A stretch of 64,000 nt of DNA from a virus (IMGVR_UViG_3300006329_000001:98718-162717), one strand, 5' to 3'. Positions 1 through 9,625 are shown, counted from the first letter of the stretch. Numbers and translations: made by a program. The notes: generated from the sequence alone by a model not told the origin.

Positions 1-29
1 TATTAACAGAACTTAGAGTTTGCATCTAA

Positions 30-2126
30 TTAGAAACAGGATTCGACTTCTGGATACTCGAAAGCATCGATTGGGTAACTGATGATATTTATTGGGGTTC
101 CACCGTAGTTCCATCCACCAAAGTTATTAGGATCAAATGTTGGAACAGTTGTTGGGTTAGTAATGAAATCAATTGGGTAAACTTCAGGGTTAAAGATTGT
201 AGGATCAACTCCTGGTGGAATTGTAATCGAATCTGAGTCTGGGTATACAACAACAGGAATTCTTGGAGTGCCATCAGATGTATCAGCAACATCTAAAGGT
301 CCTACACAAACTATACCGTTTTGATAATCAACGGTTCCTATGCTGTTATTAAGAATTACTTCTTTTTCGTTACGAGTGGCAACTAATAGAAGATTTCCTT
401 TTCCATCATCACGAATATTAACTGGTACTAACACTTCAGTTGTTCTAGTACCTGAGGCATATACAGCTTCTGATGCATCTGACGAAGCAGTACCACCACC
501 TGCAGTAGATCCGTCCGCTAAGAGGTCTGCAAGGTTCTCTGTGTACCCTGTAGCGTAGAACTTACCAGATTTAACTGCACTATACTTAGGAGGGCATGTG
601 GAGTCTCCTGCATCGTTTCCACCTAAGTCACTTGGGTTCGTAATTGGGTTACCAAAGTCTAAACATTGGGTAAATACGTTTCCAAATGTAAATTGGTCTA
701 AATTTTGACCCATAGTAAGTTGAGTACTGGTTCCAGAAATAGCATCGTCTGAAGCATCAACCATTGAGTTAAATTTAGATTTCTCTAATCTATTGTTAAA
801 CCTATTTTCACGATTCTGACCGTTATACTGGTCAATAGACTTGAGAATTTCAGTACCTAGTTCATTTGACGATCTAGAAGTTTCGTTACCGTTATAGAAA
901 GGATAAACTTTAGGTGTAATATAGAATATTCTTGGGTCAACGATTACTGGTTCGATAGATGCCATCGAATACTTCAGTAATTGGTTCTTAATACGAACCT
1001 TTGTGGTAGTATTAAGGTTAACACCTGATTTTGACCTAACAGCAATATAAACCTTACCGTAAATAGGAGGATTTAACTTCTCACCACCATATGCGGTAAC
1101 TGCTGCTGCTTGAGGATACAGAGTAGAAACGATATAAGCATAATCGTCTTCTGTAACTGCCCTAGACTGCGTTGAGAACTGCCTAGGAGCACGGAATTTG
1201 ACTGCCAACGCTGATTCCCTGTCAGTACCATCTTGACTGCTGTCTATGGTCGCTAGAGACATGCTAGAAGGAGGTATAGCACGACCTTGGGAGTCTACTG
1301 CTTGTCCAATAAAGGAGAACTTAGTACATCCGTTTGCTTCGGTTCCTGCAGTACTTACATACTCTAATATAATGAACTCATTATCAATCAATTTACGTCC
1401 TAGAACCCCATCACCGAAGATTACCTTGTATCTAAGGTCTTCAGTCTCCTCTAGGAAGTAGTTTCTTGATGTAGATGTTAAATCTACCACGTTTGTAGAC
1501 AATGAATACTCATCAAGCTCTACAGACTGTTCTGAAGGTTTAACAGAAACAGTCAAAAGTTCAGTATCGACTGATTCAGCAGGTATTACAAACTCTTGCT
1601 TTTTAGTGTCATCAACTGTGTATGTAAATCTAAGTAAATTACCCTGATGAATAATAACCTTAGTAAAACTTGCTATACCATTGTTTTGGTCAACTGATAC
1701 AGTTACATCATCTAGTAAACAATAAGTGTAGGTGTCATTTGTGTTACTAGAAATGTAGACATCACCCTTTCTGATAGTTACTGTGTCTGGGTATGATTGT
1801 CCACCTGGAATCAGTGCAGTCTGAATTGCCATTCTGACGCACGCTTTTGATGCTTTAATGGAACGAGGGGTATAACCAAGCTGCTTTGCTATTCTTACAA
1901 TATTATCCCTTACCGTTGCTGACTCAAGAAACGCTTCATTCATGCTCATGTTAGCATTAAATGAAGTGTAGTATGTGTTGTAGGCAAGTATGTCTATTAA
2001 GTATGAAGCAGCCGATCCCTCAAAGTCATAATCGGTAAACTCATCACGAGTACGCAAATACGACTTAATGGACTCTTTTATCTCAAAGAAATCCAGAGAG
2101 GTTAATTCTGATGGGGTAGCTGGCAT
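30..2126 (-). CDS. gp6: Baseplate wedge subunit gp6
   Basis: N-terminus LDFFEIKESIKSYLR..FTDYDFEGS..LIDILAYNTYY and RAVTEDDY are typical of T4 gp6; next to gp25. Confidence 0.95.
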   Translation of the reverse strand: MPATPSELTSLDFFEIKESIKSYLRTRDEFTDYDFEGSAASYLIDILAYNTYYTSFNANMSMNEAFLESATVRDNIVRIAKQLGYTPRSIKASKACVRMAIQTALIPGGQSYPDTVTIRKGDVYISSNTNDTYTYCLLDDVTVSVDQNNGIASFTKVIIHQGNLLRFTYTVDDTKKQEFVIPAESVDTELLTVSVKPSEQSVELDEYSLSTNVVDLTSTSRNYFLEETEDLRYKVIFGDGVLGRKLIDNEFIILEYVSTAGTEANGCTKFSFIGQAVDSQGRAIPPSSMSLATIDSSQDGTDRESALAVKFRAPRQFSTQSRAVTEDDYAYIVSTLYPQAAAVTAYGGEKLNPPIYGKVYIAVRSKSGVNLNTTTKVRIKNQLLKYSMASIEPVIVDPRIFYITPKVYPFYNGNETSRSSNELGTEILKSIDQYNGQNRENRFNNRLEKSKFNSMVDASDDAISGTSTQLTMGQNLDQFTFGNVFTQCLDFGNPITNPSDLGGNDAGDSTCPPKYSAVKSGKFYATGYTENLADLLADGSTAGGGTASSDASEAVYASGTRTTEVLVPVNIRDDGKGNLLLVATRNEKEVILNNSIGTVDYQNGIVCVGPLDVADTSDGTPRIPVVVYPDSDSITIPPGVDPTIFNPEVYPIDFITNPTTVPTFDPNNFGGWNYGGTPINIISYPIDAFEYPEVESCF

Positions 2127-2127
2127 G

Positions 2128-2541
2128 TTAGGTTCTCTCTAGGATGAACTCAACTGTTTGTGTAATATTCTGACCAATTATAGAATATTCGATTCCAACG
2201 TCTAACTCATTATCATCTAATGATTGGTTAACGCTTATTTGCTTAACCGCCACTCTGGGTTCTAATCGTTTAATCGTATTTTCTATTTCATCACGAAGAT
2301 CTTCTGCAAGAAAGACATCAAAGGGTTCGAAGAGTAGTCCTGCTACTCTAGATCCAATGTCATACTGATAAGGTCTTTCACCAAACTGAGTAAGTATTAA
2401 ATTACGAACAGATTGCTTAATTGCATTCTCATTTTTGACAGCACTAAAGTCCCTAGTATTAGGATTTGACTTAAAGGAAATTGCAAAATCCTTAAAACCT
2501 CTACTAAAGAACTTCTCAGACCTAAATCTGTAGCCTGCCAT
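2128..2541 (-). CDS. gp25: Baseplate wedge subunit gp25
   Basis: AIKQSVRNLILT..GERP....GS....LFEP and EPRV motifs. Confidence 0.95.
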   Translation of the reverse strand: MAGYRFRSEKFFSRGFKDFAISFKSNPNTRDFSAVKNENAIKQSVRNLILTQFGERPYQYDIGSRVAGLLFEPFDVFLAEDLRDEIENTIKRLEPRVAVKQISVNQSLDDNELDVGIEYSIIGQNITQTVEFILERT

Positions 2542-2571
2542 TATTTAATTGTTTATAACAGTTATCTGGAT

Positions 2572-2579
2572 TATTTATA
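2572..2579 (-). promoter_or_regulatory. T4-type late promoter TATAAATA for gp25-gp6
   Basis: Exact TATAAATA on minus strand about 30 nt upstream of the gp25 start. Confidence 0.75.
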
Positions 2580-2862
2580 GCACTTTGTAGAAAGTATACT
2601 TTAAAAACAATTCTTCACCTTTTTTAATGGGTTTAATGGTCTTCATATAGTACTTCGAACCTTCTGACCACTTCCTACAGTTAGGTTTTTCACTGTGATT
2701 TATAAACCCTCCTAGGGGTGTTCTAATTATCTCTTCATCTACAACAATATGGGACATCCCAAGTAACAAATTCTCAGGAATATCCTGTGAGGCAAAAATG
2801 CCCTGTCCTGAGACAGGGCTATCTTTTATATGTAAGTACTTTGGCAATGCCTGATAGCTCAC
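2575..2862 (-). CDS. Minimal SET-domain protein (putative lysine methyltransferase)
   Basis: SGQGIFA, GFINHS..PN and IKKGEELFLKY are the hallmark SET motifs. Confidence 0.9.
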   Translation of the reverse strand: MSYQALPKYLHIKDSPVSGQGIFASQDIPENLLLGMSHIVVDEEIIRTPLGGFINHSEKPNCRKWSEGSKYYMKTIKPIKKGEELFLKYTFYKVL

Positions 2863-2993
2863 TTTCCTTGTCCTCTATATTTCTTCTTTGCTCCATTACG
2901 GGAAGTTGCAGAGTACTTTGTATTCATCGATGACCCTTGTCTGGTCTTCTTTGGTTTAGTCTCTTTTAAATTCCCTGCGATGTAAACTGCCAT
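2859..2993 (-). CDS. 44-aa Lys/Arg-rich basic peptide (not in ORF track)
   Basis: Hand translation MAVYIAGNLKETKPKKTRQGSSMNTKYSATSRNGAKKKYRGQGK; AAAGGAG RBS; stop overlaps the SET GTG start. Confidence 0.8.
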   Translation of the reverse strand: MAVYIAGNLKETKPKKTRQGSSMNTKYSATSRNGAKKKYRGQGK

Positions 2994-3011
2994 AATCTCC
3001 TTTGAGTGTTT

Positions 3012-3542
3012 CTATGATGATAGCACATTAGGACTACCATATGCAACCACTGAAGAACATGGCCAAGAAAAACCAGGAAATCCAATACCCAGAGGATCGA
3101 ATATTCGACCTATAGGGAGTTTGTAGCAAAAGACAGTCTTAGATTGTGCAATGAGGATTCTAGTGTGACCTATACCACCATCTTCTATGGTCAATAGGGA
3201 ACATGGGTACGGAGTTGGTATCGGGCATACCGCTTTACCGCACGGACACATGTGTATTACTATATTAGTACACGGTGAGGGGTGATTAATGAACCTGTCA
3301 CCAAATGTCATAGTTGGTAAGAAGTTCGTTAGTACTGTTGCCTTCAGTGGATGTAGCGGACCAAAGGGTATCAAAGGAAGAGGTGGCCACCAACATGTCC
3401 ACTGTTTAATCTTGATAGGGTACATGGGAGGTGGTCCTGCACATCCCATGACACAATGAACCGTAGACGGAATACAGATTCCGTGCCCAGAGCAAGGCAA
3501 TCCCGTAATGGGTGCTACAGGTAATAGAAATCCGTATGCCAT
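3012..3542 (-). CDS. PAAR-like spike-tip protein (gp5.4-like), Cys/Pro-rich
   Basis: CSGHG, GDRFINH, PIGRIFDP and C-terminal GSPNV resemble PAAR repeats; located beside gp25. Confidence 0.7.
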   Translation of the reverse strand: MAYGFLLPVAPITGLPCSGHGICIPSTVHCVMGCAGPPPMYPIKIKQWTCWWPPLPLIPFGPLHPLKATVLTNFLPTMTFGDRFINHPSPCTNIVIHMCPCGKAVCPIPTPYPCSLLTIEDGGIGHTRILIAQSKTVFCYKLPIGRIFDPLGIGFPGFSWPCSSVVAYGSPNVLSS

Positions 3543-3545
3543 AAT

Positions 3546-6500
3546 CTAGTCTGCAGAATAATGTGTGTCAGGTATTATAAACTCCTTGTCAAATTCATCC
3601 CTATCCTCATCGGAAGGATCGTGTGACGCAGGGTTAATCCGCTTAGTATTATCTATTAGAGTACCAGGATTGGTTAAATTGGTCATGTTTCCGAATACAA
3701 GATCGCATTCACTGAAGTATGGGTTACCAAAGTTCTTAATAGATTCACCATAGGTGATAGTTGACCCAGTATTATAGTTCAGTACCGTCATAGTTCCGTT
3801 AAACGGTCCTAATAGTATCTCAAACTCACTCACGAGTTTCGGATTTATAGCAATTGCACAGTCAGATACGAAGTCAAGTGCTAGAGAACCTCCCGAACAA
3901 GGAGGATTGGCAATATACCCAACTCCCCAATATCCCGTAGATGCAGTTTTATTGGTACCTGGGTTTGCAGGGTTATATCCGCAATACACATCTAAGCATC
4001 CATTAGGGTTACTAGCATGGCGGAGATAGGTATCCCAACACTCATTAGGAGGTACTCCATTTACGGGCATGGCTACACCTATGTTCGTATAGTACCAATA
4101 TCGTACATCAAGTTCCTGCCCAGTCTCAGGATCTTCCTCATGGGCAATCCAACCTACCTGAGTTCCTGGTGCATGAGTAGATAAGTTGTCACCTAACCAA
4201 GTTTTAAACTGTTCATACTCCGAAAATCCTGATCTGTTGTAATCGTAAGTATTTTCATCACTTCCAACAGGCACAAATACAATATCAGACGCATTACTTG
4301 GGTCACGATAGCACCTACCCTCAATATCACCTCGTTTACATGGCCAACACTTGCTATTTCCACCTGGTCCTGAGTCTCTAGTCCAAGTTAAATTGGGTTC
4401 TGGTAAATTCCTTAGGAAGTTCATGAAAGCTTGCCCCTGAGGACCAATTGTATGCCCCTCTAATGCCATCGAAACCCTGAAACTAGCCTTCTCTGCCTTC
4501 GAAGCACAATATTTGTATACCATGTACCCATATGCCCTCTGTTTACCCTCTTCATTTAACTCAATATAGGGGCAAGGTATGTCAAAGAAACGTGTAGCGG
4601 TGTATAACTTAGGTTGAGGTAGTTTAATACAGTTGTCTTTGTTGTTCCAACCCCATAAATCGGAGAATCCGTCACTTCTATCGTCTGTTATCCTCACTCC
4701 CTTTAACATTTCGGGGTATTGGTTATTCATCATCTCATTAAAACGTGGAGATGCCTTAATCGGACCTGATAAATCCTCCGCAGTAAACAATGCGTCCTCA
4801 TATATCCTTGGAAATTCGATGTTTATGCAACTTGCGGGGAAGTTTGAGCACAAATTCGTAGTCTCATCATCATAATCCTTGATTCTGACGTAACCAGTAG
4901 GGTACTTTGTGGTAAATCCGTTCATCATAGTGTTAAAACCGCCTATGATACCGTCATCCATCTGGTCTATCTGATCATCTGAGGCATCTGCACGCCCTTT
5001 GATGCTCTCTTTTAGTCCATTCTCTGCTCTAATGTTATCTTTAAAGGTTTTTGTCGATAAATTTACGTTAGGACCACGCATTTTATACGATTCCTTCTCA
5101 GTATCGACGATATAAACGTTAGGTCTATTGTTTGGGTCTGGATCATAACCTGATCCACGGTCTTTTATGAGCACTTCTATCACAGATCCGTCCTCATTGA
5201 TCTGTGCAATCTCTAAAACTGCCTTTTTGAGTGGAGTTTTACCTTTTCCTTCCCCACTTGCTCTCCGTAATTGCTTTGCTCCTGTGTTTATACTCTCGTT
5301 TGTACCTTTTATCTGCACATCTCCTGGTGCAGCACCCTTACCATAGGGCATTAAGTTCTCTCTTTCCTGATATGACTCACTCATATCCTCTTCTAGCACC
5401 GCAGACTGCTTCTTTTTGATATCTTTCATACCAAAATTGTTCTTACTACCGTCTGGATTGTTAACTGGGTCGTTCGGAGAGTTCACAAATGTCTGATCCC
5501 AACCTCCCATGTTGTGAAATACCTTCCTTGCATTGTCATTAGCGGATCTTTCGGTCAAAACTGCAGGTTGTTCGATCTCAATCTTCGGTGCAGCATACCC
5601 AAATCCACCATTTATGATGTCTATACTCTCAACTTGTCCTTCAGAATTGATATTTGCTCTTATTTCTGCTGTATCTAAGGTACGATTTGCGATTAATTGT
5701 GATGGATCTATCTCAATACGGTAGTAAGTGATCTTTTTAGGGAACTCATACACTCCAAAGAACGCACCTTTGTCCTTAATACCATATCCTGCAAGTACTT
5801 GGATCTCTCCTAAGTCCGTAGAAGTGAATGCTTGCTGATATGTGAACTCATTTCCTTGACCAGATAGCTCCATATACCCAACTTTTAGCTCATCACCGAA
5901 GTATCTGACCTGTGTGATGTCCCATCCGTTGATTTGTTCACCTATAAAGAAGGAACCTGTGGTAGTTGTGTATCGAAATAGTATTCTTGTACTGGTAGTA
6001 TCCGCAACTAAGAACGATTCATTGACATTTTTCGACTTCATGTCGGATAGAGACATCTTAGTTTTGAGTGTTTCCCACGAATCTGACCTTATTTCATAGA
6101 ATCTACTGTATTCTACAGGTACAGGAACGCAGACAGGGCACCCTGAATAGTCAGTATCGTTAGGGCAACACGCTGCATCACTCAAACTGAAGTTAATTCC
6201 GTAGATTGGACCGTTCCATGGGAACGATGTATCATACAGATAGTACATAAACTGCGAATCATACGACTGTTCGTATGAAAGATAGCGGGGAAGTGCTGCT
6301 TTTACTGCACCATTCCTACCATAGAACCACTCAAACAGTGCATCTGTGGTATTAACACCAGCTACATTGTCAGGATTACCCCAACCTTGGATCGAAGGTA
6401 CGCCATTTTGCTCTCGAAGATACTTTAAGAGTGTCCAGTCGTTGTTCCACTGGTACCAATTTGACCTATTTACGTTACATTCTCCCGTTGGACCGATAGA

Positions 6501-7310
6501 TCCGATGTCAGCATACTGGGTAACTGCACTACTTGCCTTGTTTAACTCAAAACAGTAACCAACTATACCTACATATCCCCATAATTGATCTCTAGGATCC
6601 TTACAATCTGGCACTCCACCACCAGGATTCTGCAATCCAACCTCATTTTGAGGAGAAATAGTGTAGAAGTGGTCTCTCTTCATTGTATTTGTATTGTAAT
6701 AATACTCATACAACGGTCTTACCGACTCACCAGGTGCAGCATACGGTGCTGCGTTCGCTGCACTTGTCCAAATATATCCAATTATCTCTCTTAATGCATA
6801 TCCAGAAGGAGGAGATGCAGTCGTAGACAGCATTGTGTCGTTCAGAGTTGCATTGTAATGTGCATACAACGCTGTAGAACCTGCTGCTTGGTCTCTTGCT
6901 ATATGAAATACTGGTCTTCCATCACGAGGTTCCTTGTTATAACCCTCCATGACCTTCTTTGCATTGGGGTCATTGGGGAAATCACTCCTGTGATCTAATA
7001 CTTTGTTCCTTGTATAGGTATGATCTTGATATTTACTACGATACCATCTATAAACTCCTGAACGAAACCCGTCACAAGTTCCCACACAGGTCTCATCATC
7101 ATCTCCCAGATATAAAACTACGTCTTTACCCGCAATCATAGATCCAGGACCGAATCCATTAAACGTTATATTGTAATTAGTTCCTGGTCCGCTATGGTTA
7201 TCGTGAGATTGATACCCACCAAAAGCAGGACGCTGAAACGTCTGTGAAAACGTAGACGATGATACAACGTTAGGATAACTTCTTCCAGTCTCTATTATAT
7301 AAGCTGGCAT
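3546..7310 (-). CDS. Large virion structural protein (baseplate/fibre associated)
   Basis: 1254 aa; N-terminal repeats (YRWY..DHTYT / LYEYY..DHFYT..GIVGY) and INGGFGY / DRGSGY beta-repeats; structural context. Confidence 0.6.
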   Translation of the reverse strand: MPAYIIETGRSYPNVVSSSTFSQTFQRPAFGGYQSHDNHSGPGTNYNITFNGFGPGSMIAGKDVVLYLGDDDETCVGTCDGFRSGVYRWYRSKYQDHTYTRNKVLDHRSDFPNDPNAKKVMEGYNKEPRDGRPVFHIARDQAAGSTALYAHYNATLNDTMLSTTASPPSGYALREIIGYIWTSAANAAPYAAPGESVRPLYEYYYNTNTMKRDHFYTISPQNEVGLQNPGGGVPDCKDPRDQLWGYVGIVGYCFELNKASSAVTQYADIGSIGPTGECNVNRSNWYQWNNDWTLLKYLREQNGVPSIQGWGNPDNVAGVNTTDALFEWFYGRNGAVKAALPRYLSYEQSYDSQFMYYLYDTSFPWNGPIYGINFSLSDAACCPNDTDYSGCPVCVPVPVEYSRFYEIRSDSWETLKTKMSLSDMKSKNVNESFLVADTTSTRILFRYTTTTGSFFIGEQINGWDITQVRYFGDELKVGYMELSGQGNEFTYQQAFTSTDLGEIQVLAGYGIKDKGAFFGVYEFPKKITYYRIEIDPSQLIANRTLDTAEIRANINSEGQVESIDIINGGFGYAAPKIEIEQPAVLTERSANDNARKVFHNMGGWDQTFVNSPNDPVNNPDGSKNNFGMKDIKKKQSAVLEEDMSESYQERENLMPYGKGAAPGDVQIKGTNESINTGAKQLRRASGEGKGKTPLKKAVLEIAQINEDGSVIEVLIKDRGSGYDPDPNNRPNVYIVDTEKESYKMRGPNVNLSTKTFKDNIRAENGLKESIKGRADASDDQIDQMDDGIIGGFNTMMNGFTTKYPTGYVRIKDYDDETTNLCSNFPASCINIEFPRIYEDALFTAEDLSGPIKASPRFNEMMNNQYPEMLKGVRITDDRSDGFSDLWGWNNKDNCIKLPQPKLYTATRFFDIPCPYIELNEEGKQRAYGYMVYKYCASKAEKASFRVSMALEGHTIGPQGQAFMNFLRNLPEPNLTWTRDSGPGGNSKCWPCKRGDIEGRCYRDPSNASDIVFVPVGSDENTYDYNRSGFSEYEQFKTWLGDNLSTHAPGTQVGWIAHEEDPETGQELDVRYWYYTNIGVAMPVNGVPPNECWDTYLRHASNPNGCLDVYCGYNPANPGTNKTASTGYWGVGYIANPPCSGGSLALDFVSDCAIAINPKLVSEFEILLGPFNGTMTVLNYNTGSTITYGESIKNFGNPYFSECDLVFGNMTNLTNPGTLIDNTKRINPASHDPSDEDRDEFDKEFIIPDTHYSAD

Positions 7311-7549
7311 TACTCAAGTTCTTTGATACGACCCTCCAACATATTTAGTCTCGTATACAGATCGTCAAATAATTGACTTAAGTTTAAATACTCTTCATAC
7401 CCCTCAGGTTTGTATTTTACCATATTAGCACCAGGCGGGGGTATCTTACTAAATGCTTCTTCCAATCTCTTGGATCTCTCGGCAAGGTTTTCGAGTGCCT
7501 TACCGATCATCTCCATATGTTCTTTGTACTGATCTAAGAATTCTTCCAT
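7310..7549 (-). CDS. Hypothetical coiled-coil protein
   Basis: 79-aa ORF coupled to the next gene by a TAATG overlap. Confidence 0.7.
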   Translation of the reverse strand: MEEFLDQYKEHMEMIGKALENLAERSKRLEEAFSKIPPPGANMVKYKPEGYEEYLNLSQLFDDLYTRLNMLEGRIKELE

Positions 7550-7587
7550 AATGAAACGACGGTATTTTTTTTTACGGTAATTTTTTT

Positions 7588-7752
7588 TTAATCCTTTACC
7601 TTATTAAGTATAACAGACCCGTCAATATCTTCTTCGAAATCTAACAAAGTCCCTTCTATCCATCCCAAGTCCTCAACAAGTGCCTCAGGGAGTCTCATGA
7701 AGAAATCTCCTTCATCGTCCAATTCTACTTTCATAGCATATCTGTGATCCAT
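7588..7752 (-). CDS. AbrB/MazE/SpoVT-like small protein
   Basis: MRLPEALVEDLGWIEGTLLDF..DGSVIL matches the AbrB-fold pattern; start trimmed relative to the ORF track. Confidence 0.65.
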   Translation of the reverse strand: MDHRYAMKVELDDEGDFFMRLPEALVEDLGWIEGTLLDFEEDIDGSVILNKVKD

Positions 7753-7777
7753 TAGTATTTTTGTATCTCTAGACACT

Positions 7778-8269
7778 TTATATAGTGTTTTCTTTTTTCC
7801 GAAGTACAAGTTCTGTATAACTTAAATACATCTTCCCATCAGTATCTAAATCCACCAATGTGGAATTGCACTGGTATGGATGATGTAACATATAACCTCC
7901 CTCAAGGTATATTCCGATATGATTCGCTAAACGATGCCCTTCAGCGTTCCTATACCCTCCTTGTAGAGGTTGTATGTACAGTCTCATGATCATGACATCA
8001 CCCTCTTTCATGATATGATGATCAAAAGATTCCATGTTGTTTCCCTGATATATTACAGTACTGCCACCAGGTGCAGCAGCATGTATATAATCTGTTTTAA
8101 AGTAATACTTCTTCTCTGAGGGATAGTCATATAAAGGTATACCGTATTGCTCCTCATAGAACTTAAGGATAACACCATAACATCCTCCGATGTTCTGTTT
8201 TTGTTTCCACCACGGTAAGTCCATATAAGACTTCCACTTCTGCCAAGTGTCTGAGTAGGTAGGTCTCAT
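7778..8269 (-). CDS. NlpC/P60-family cysteine peptidase
   Basis: GCYGVI (catalytic Cys), GDVMIM, NHIGIYLEGGYMLHH (catalytic His). Confidence 0.75.
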   Translation of the reverse strand: MRPTYSDTWQKWKSYMDLPWWKQKQNIGGCYGVILKFYEEQYGIPLYDYPSEKKYYFKTDYIHAAAPGGSTVIYQGNNMESFDHHIMKEGDVMIMRLYIQPLQGGYRNAEGHRLANHIGIYLEGGYMLHHPYQCNSTLVDLDTDGKMYLSYTELVLRKKENTI

Positions 8270-8469
8270 TTCTTTTTAGGGTAGTATTGGAAACCTTCTG
8301 TAACTTCCTCAAGTTCAGAAATTCTAAAGGTAATCATCTTATCCCATGGGGTATGTTGATCCATTAGAATTGCTGCTTTCTTTCCTTGTACTCTCTGTAC
8401 ACACCCAACATACCCTCTGTAGATTGAGTTTTCATCAATTACTTTAACTGTAGTACCTGGTAAAATCAT
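8266..8469 (-). CDS. ndhS: NDH-1 subunit NdhS homolog (ferredoxin-docking SH3-like subunit)
   Basis: MILPGTTVKV...Y.GYVG.VQRV..KKAAIL....WDKMITFRISELE closely matches cyanobacterial NdhS. Confidence 0.85.
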   Translation of the reverse strand: MILPGTTVKVIDENSIYRGYVGCVQRVQGKKAAILMDQHTPWDKMITFRISELEEVTEGFQYYPKKK

Positions 8470-8705
8470 ACTGATATAACTTGCTGAACTTCTGGAAATC
8501 TTTCCTTAACCAACTTCTCAATACCCATTGCCATTGTCTGAGCACTCATAGCACATCCTGCACAAGCACCCAACATTCTTACCATTACTATAGGACCTTC
8601 CTTAAGATAATCTATAGCAACAAACTCCAAATACCCTCCATCTGCTTCGATGTAAGGACGTATCTCATCGAGTACGTTGTTCACGTTAAGATCAGTTAGT
8701 TCCAT
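8466..8705 (-). CDS. nfuA: NifU/NfuA C-terminal-domain Fe-S carrier
   Basis: VLDEIRPYIEADGG..EFV and GACAGC (CxxC) motifs. Confidence 0.9.
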   Translation of the reverse strand: MELTDLNVNNVLDEIRPYIEADGGYLEFVAIDYLKEGPIVMVRMLGACAGCAMSAQTMAMGIEKLVKERFPEVQQVISV

Positions 8706-8857
8706 ACTCTCCTCAACTGCCTTACATCTGTTACACCAAAGAGTGATTTACATTTGTTTTCAGCATCCTCTCGTAGGTTACTCTCACAAAGAAACTCTAC
8801 ACTAACTAAACGGTTGCTAGGGTAGAGTACTTGTGCTGTCCATGTTGTAGGTTTCAT
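8696..8857 (-). CDS. Hypothetical 53-aa protein (not in ORF track)
   Basis: MKPTTWTAQVLYPSNRL...RRVWN; fills the gap and overlaps both neighbours. Confidence 0.65.
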   Translation of the reverse strand: MKPTTWTAQVLYPSNRLVSVEFLCESNLREDAENKCKSLFGVTDVRQLRRVWN

Positions 8858-9489
8858 GCAGGTGTTACGTTAAATGTCAATGTGATTCTATTATCTGTCT
8901 GGTTACTTTCATATCCATGAGTCAGATTACTAGGATAGATTACCACATCACCTTTCTTAAACGGTACTGTTGCTTCCTGTAGATTAAAAGCAGTCATCTG
9001 TTTAAACGGTAACATCATTACAGGGAACATCTGAGACTGTACCTGACGTTTAAACTTGAGAAAACTATGTGCTTCCTGATCATAGTTAATAAAGAACGTA
9101 CCACTAAACACACAGTTAGCATGTTCATGGGGAGCATAGATAGCACCTTGATGTGCAACCTCTACATATACATCATTAATACGAAACTCAGAAGCATAGT
9201 TTAAACCTTCATTATTATGAAAGTGTACACATTCCATTAACTGCTTCTCTAGATCAGGCATATCCTTAAGGATCTGATTCGTTTTACCTACCTGTTGTAC
9301 GTTATGACATAGAACTGCTCTCTCGTTTATCTCAACGAAATCCTGATTCTTCATCCATTTCAGTACAGGATCTACAAACTCTTCTATATTAAACTTACTC
9401 ACAGGAGTCATAAAAAGACCATACGTCTCTCTATCCAAGCGAGTATGTTCACTAAAGTCCTGCTTGATGTCGTGTATGCTAGTGCTCAT
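8854..9489 (-). CDS. Putative 2OG-Fe(II) oxygenase (TIGR02466-like, HxH type)
   Basis: PHEH..CVFSG, GDVVIYPSNLTH, RITLTFN. Confidence 0.85.
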   Translation of the reverse strand: MSTSIHDIKQDFSEHTRLDRETYGLFMTPVSKFNIEEFVDPVLKWMKNQDFVEINERAVLCHNVQQVGKTNQILKDMPDLEKQLMECVHFHNNEGLNYASEFRINDVYVEVAHQGAIYAPHEHANCVFSGTFFINYDQEAHSFLKFKRQVQSQMFPVMMLPFKQMTAFNLQEATVPFKKGDVVIYPSNLTHGYESNQTDNRITLTFNVTPA

Positions 9490-9625
9490 TGTGTTTCTTG
9501 GTAGTACGCTTTATTAATTTAGCATACTTAACTTCTTCTTTAGTATACCACCCTTTATGCTCTTTAGCAAGTTTGATGATTTTCTTTGCGGACTTTCTGT
9601 CCGACTTCCTCTGTGTCTCATCCAT
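9479..9625 (-). CDS. Hypothetical basic 48-aa protein (not in ORF track)
   Basis: MDETQRKSDRKSAKKIIKLAKEHKGWYTKEEVKYAKLIK... Confidence 0.65.
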   Translation of the reverse strand: MDETQRKSDRKSAKKIIKLAKEHKGWYTKEEVKYAKLIKRTTKKHNEH

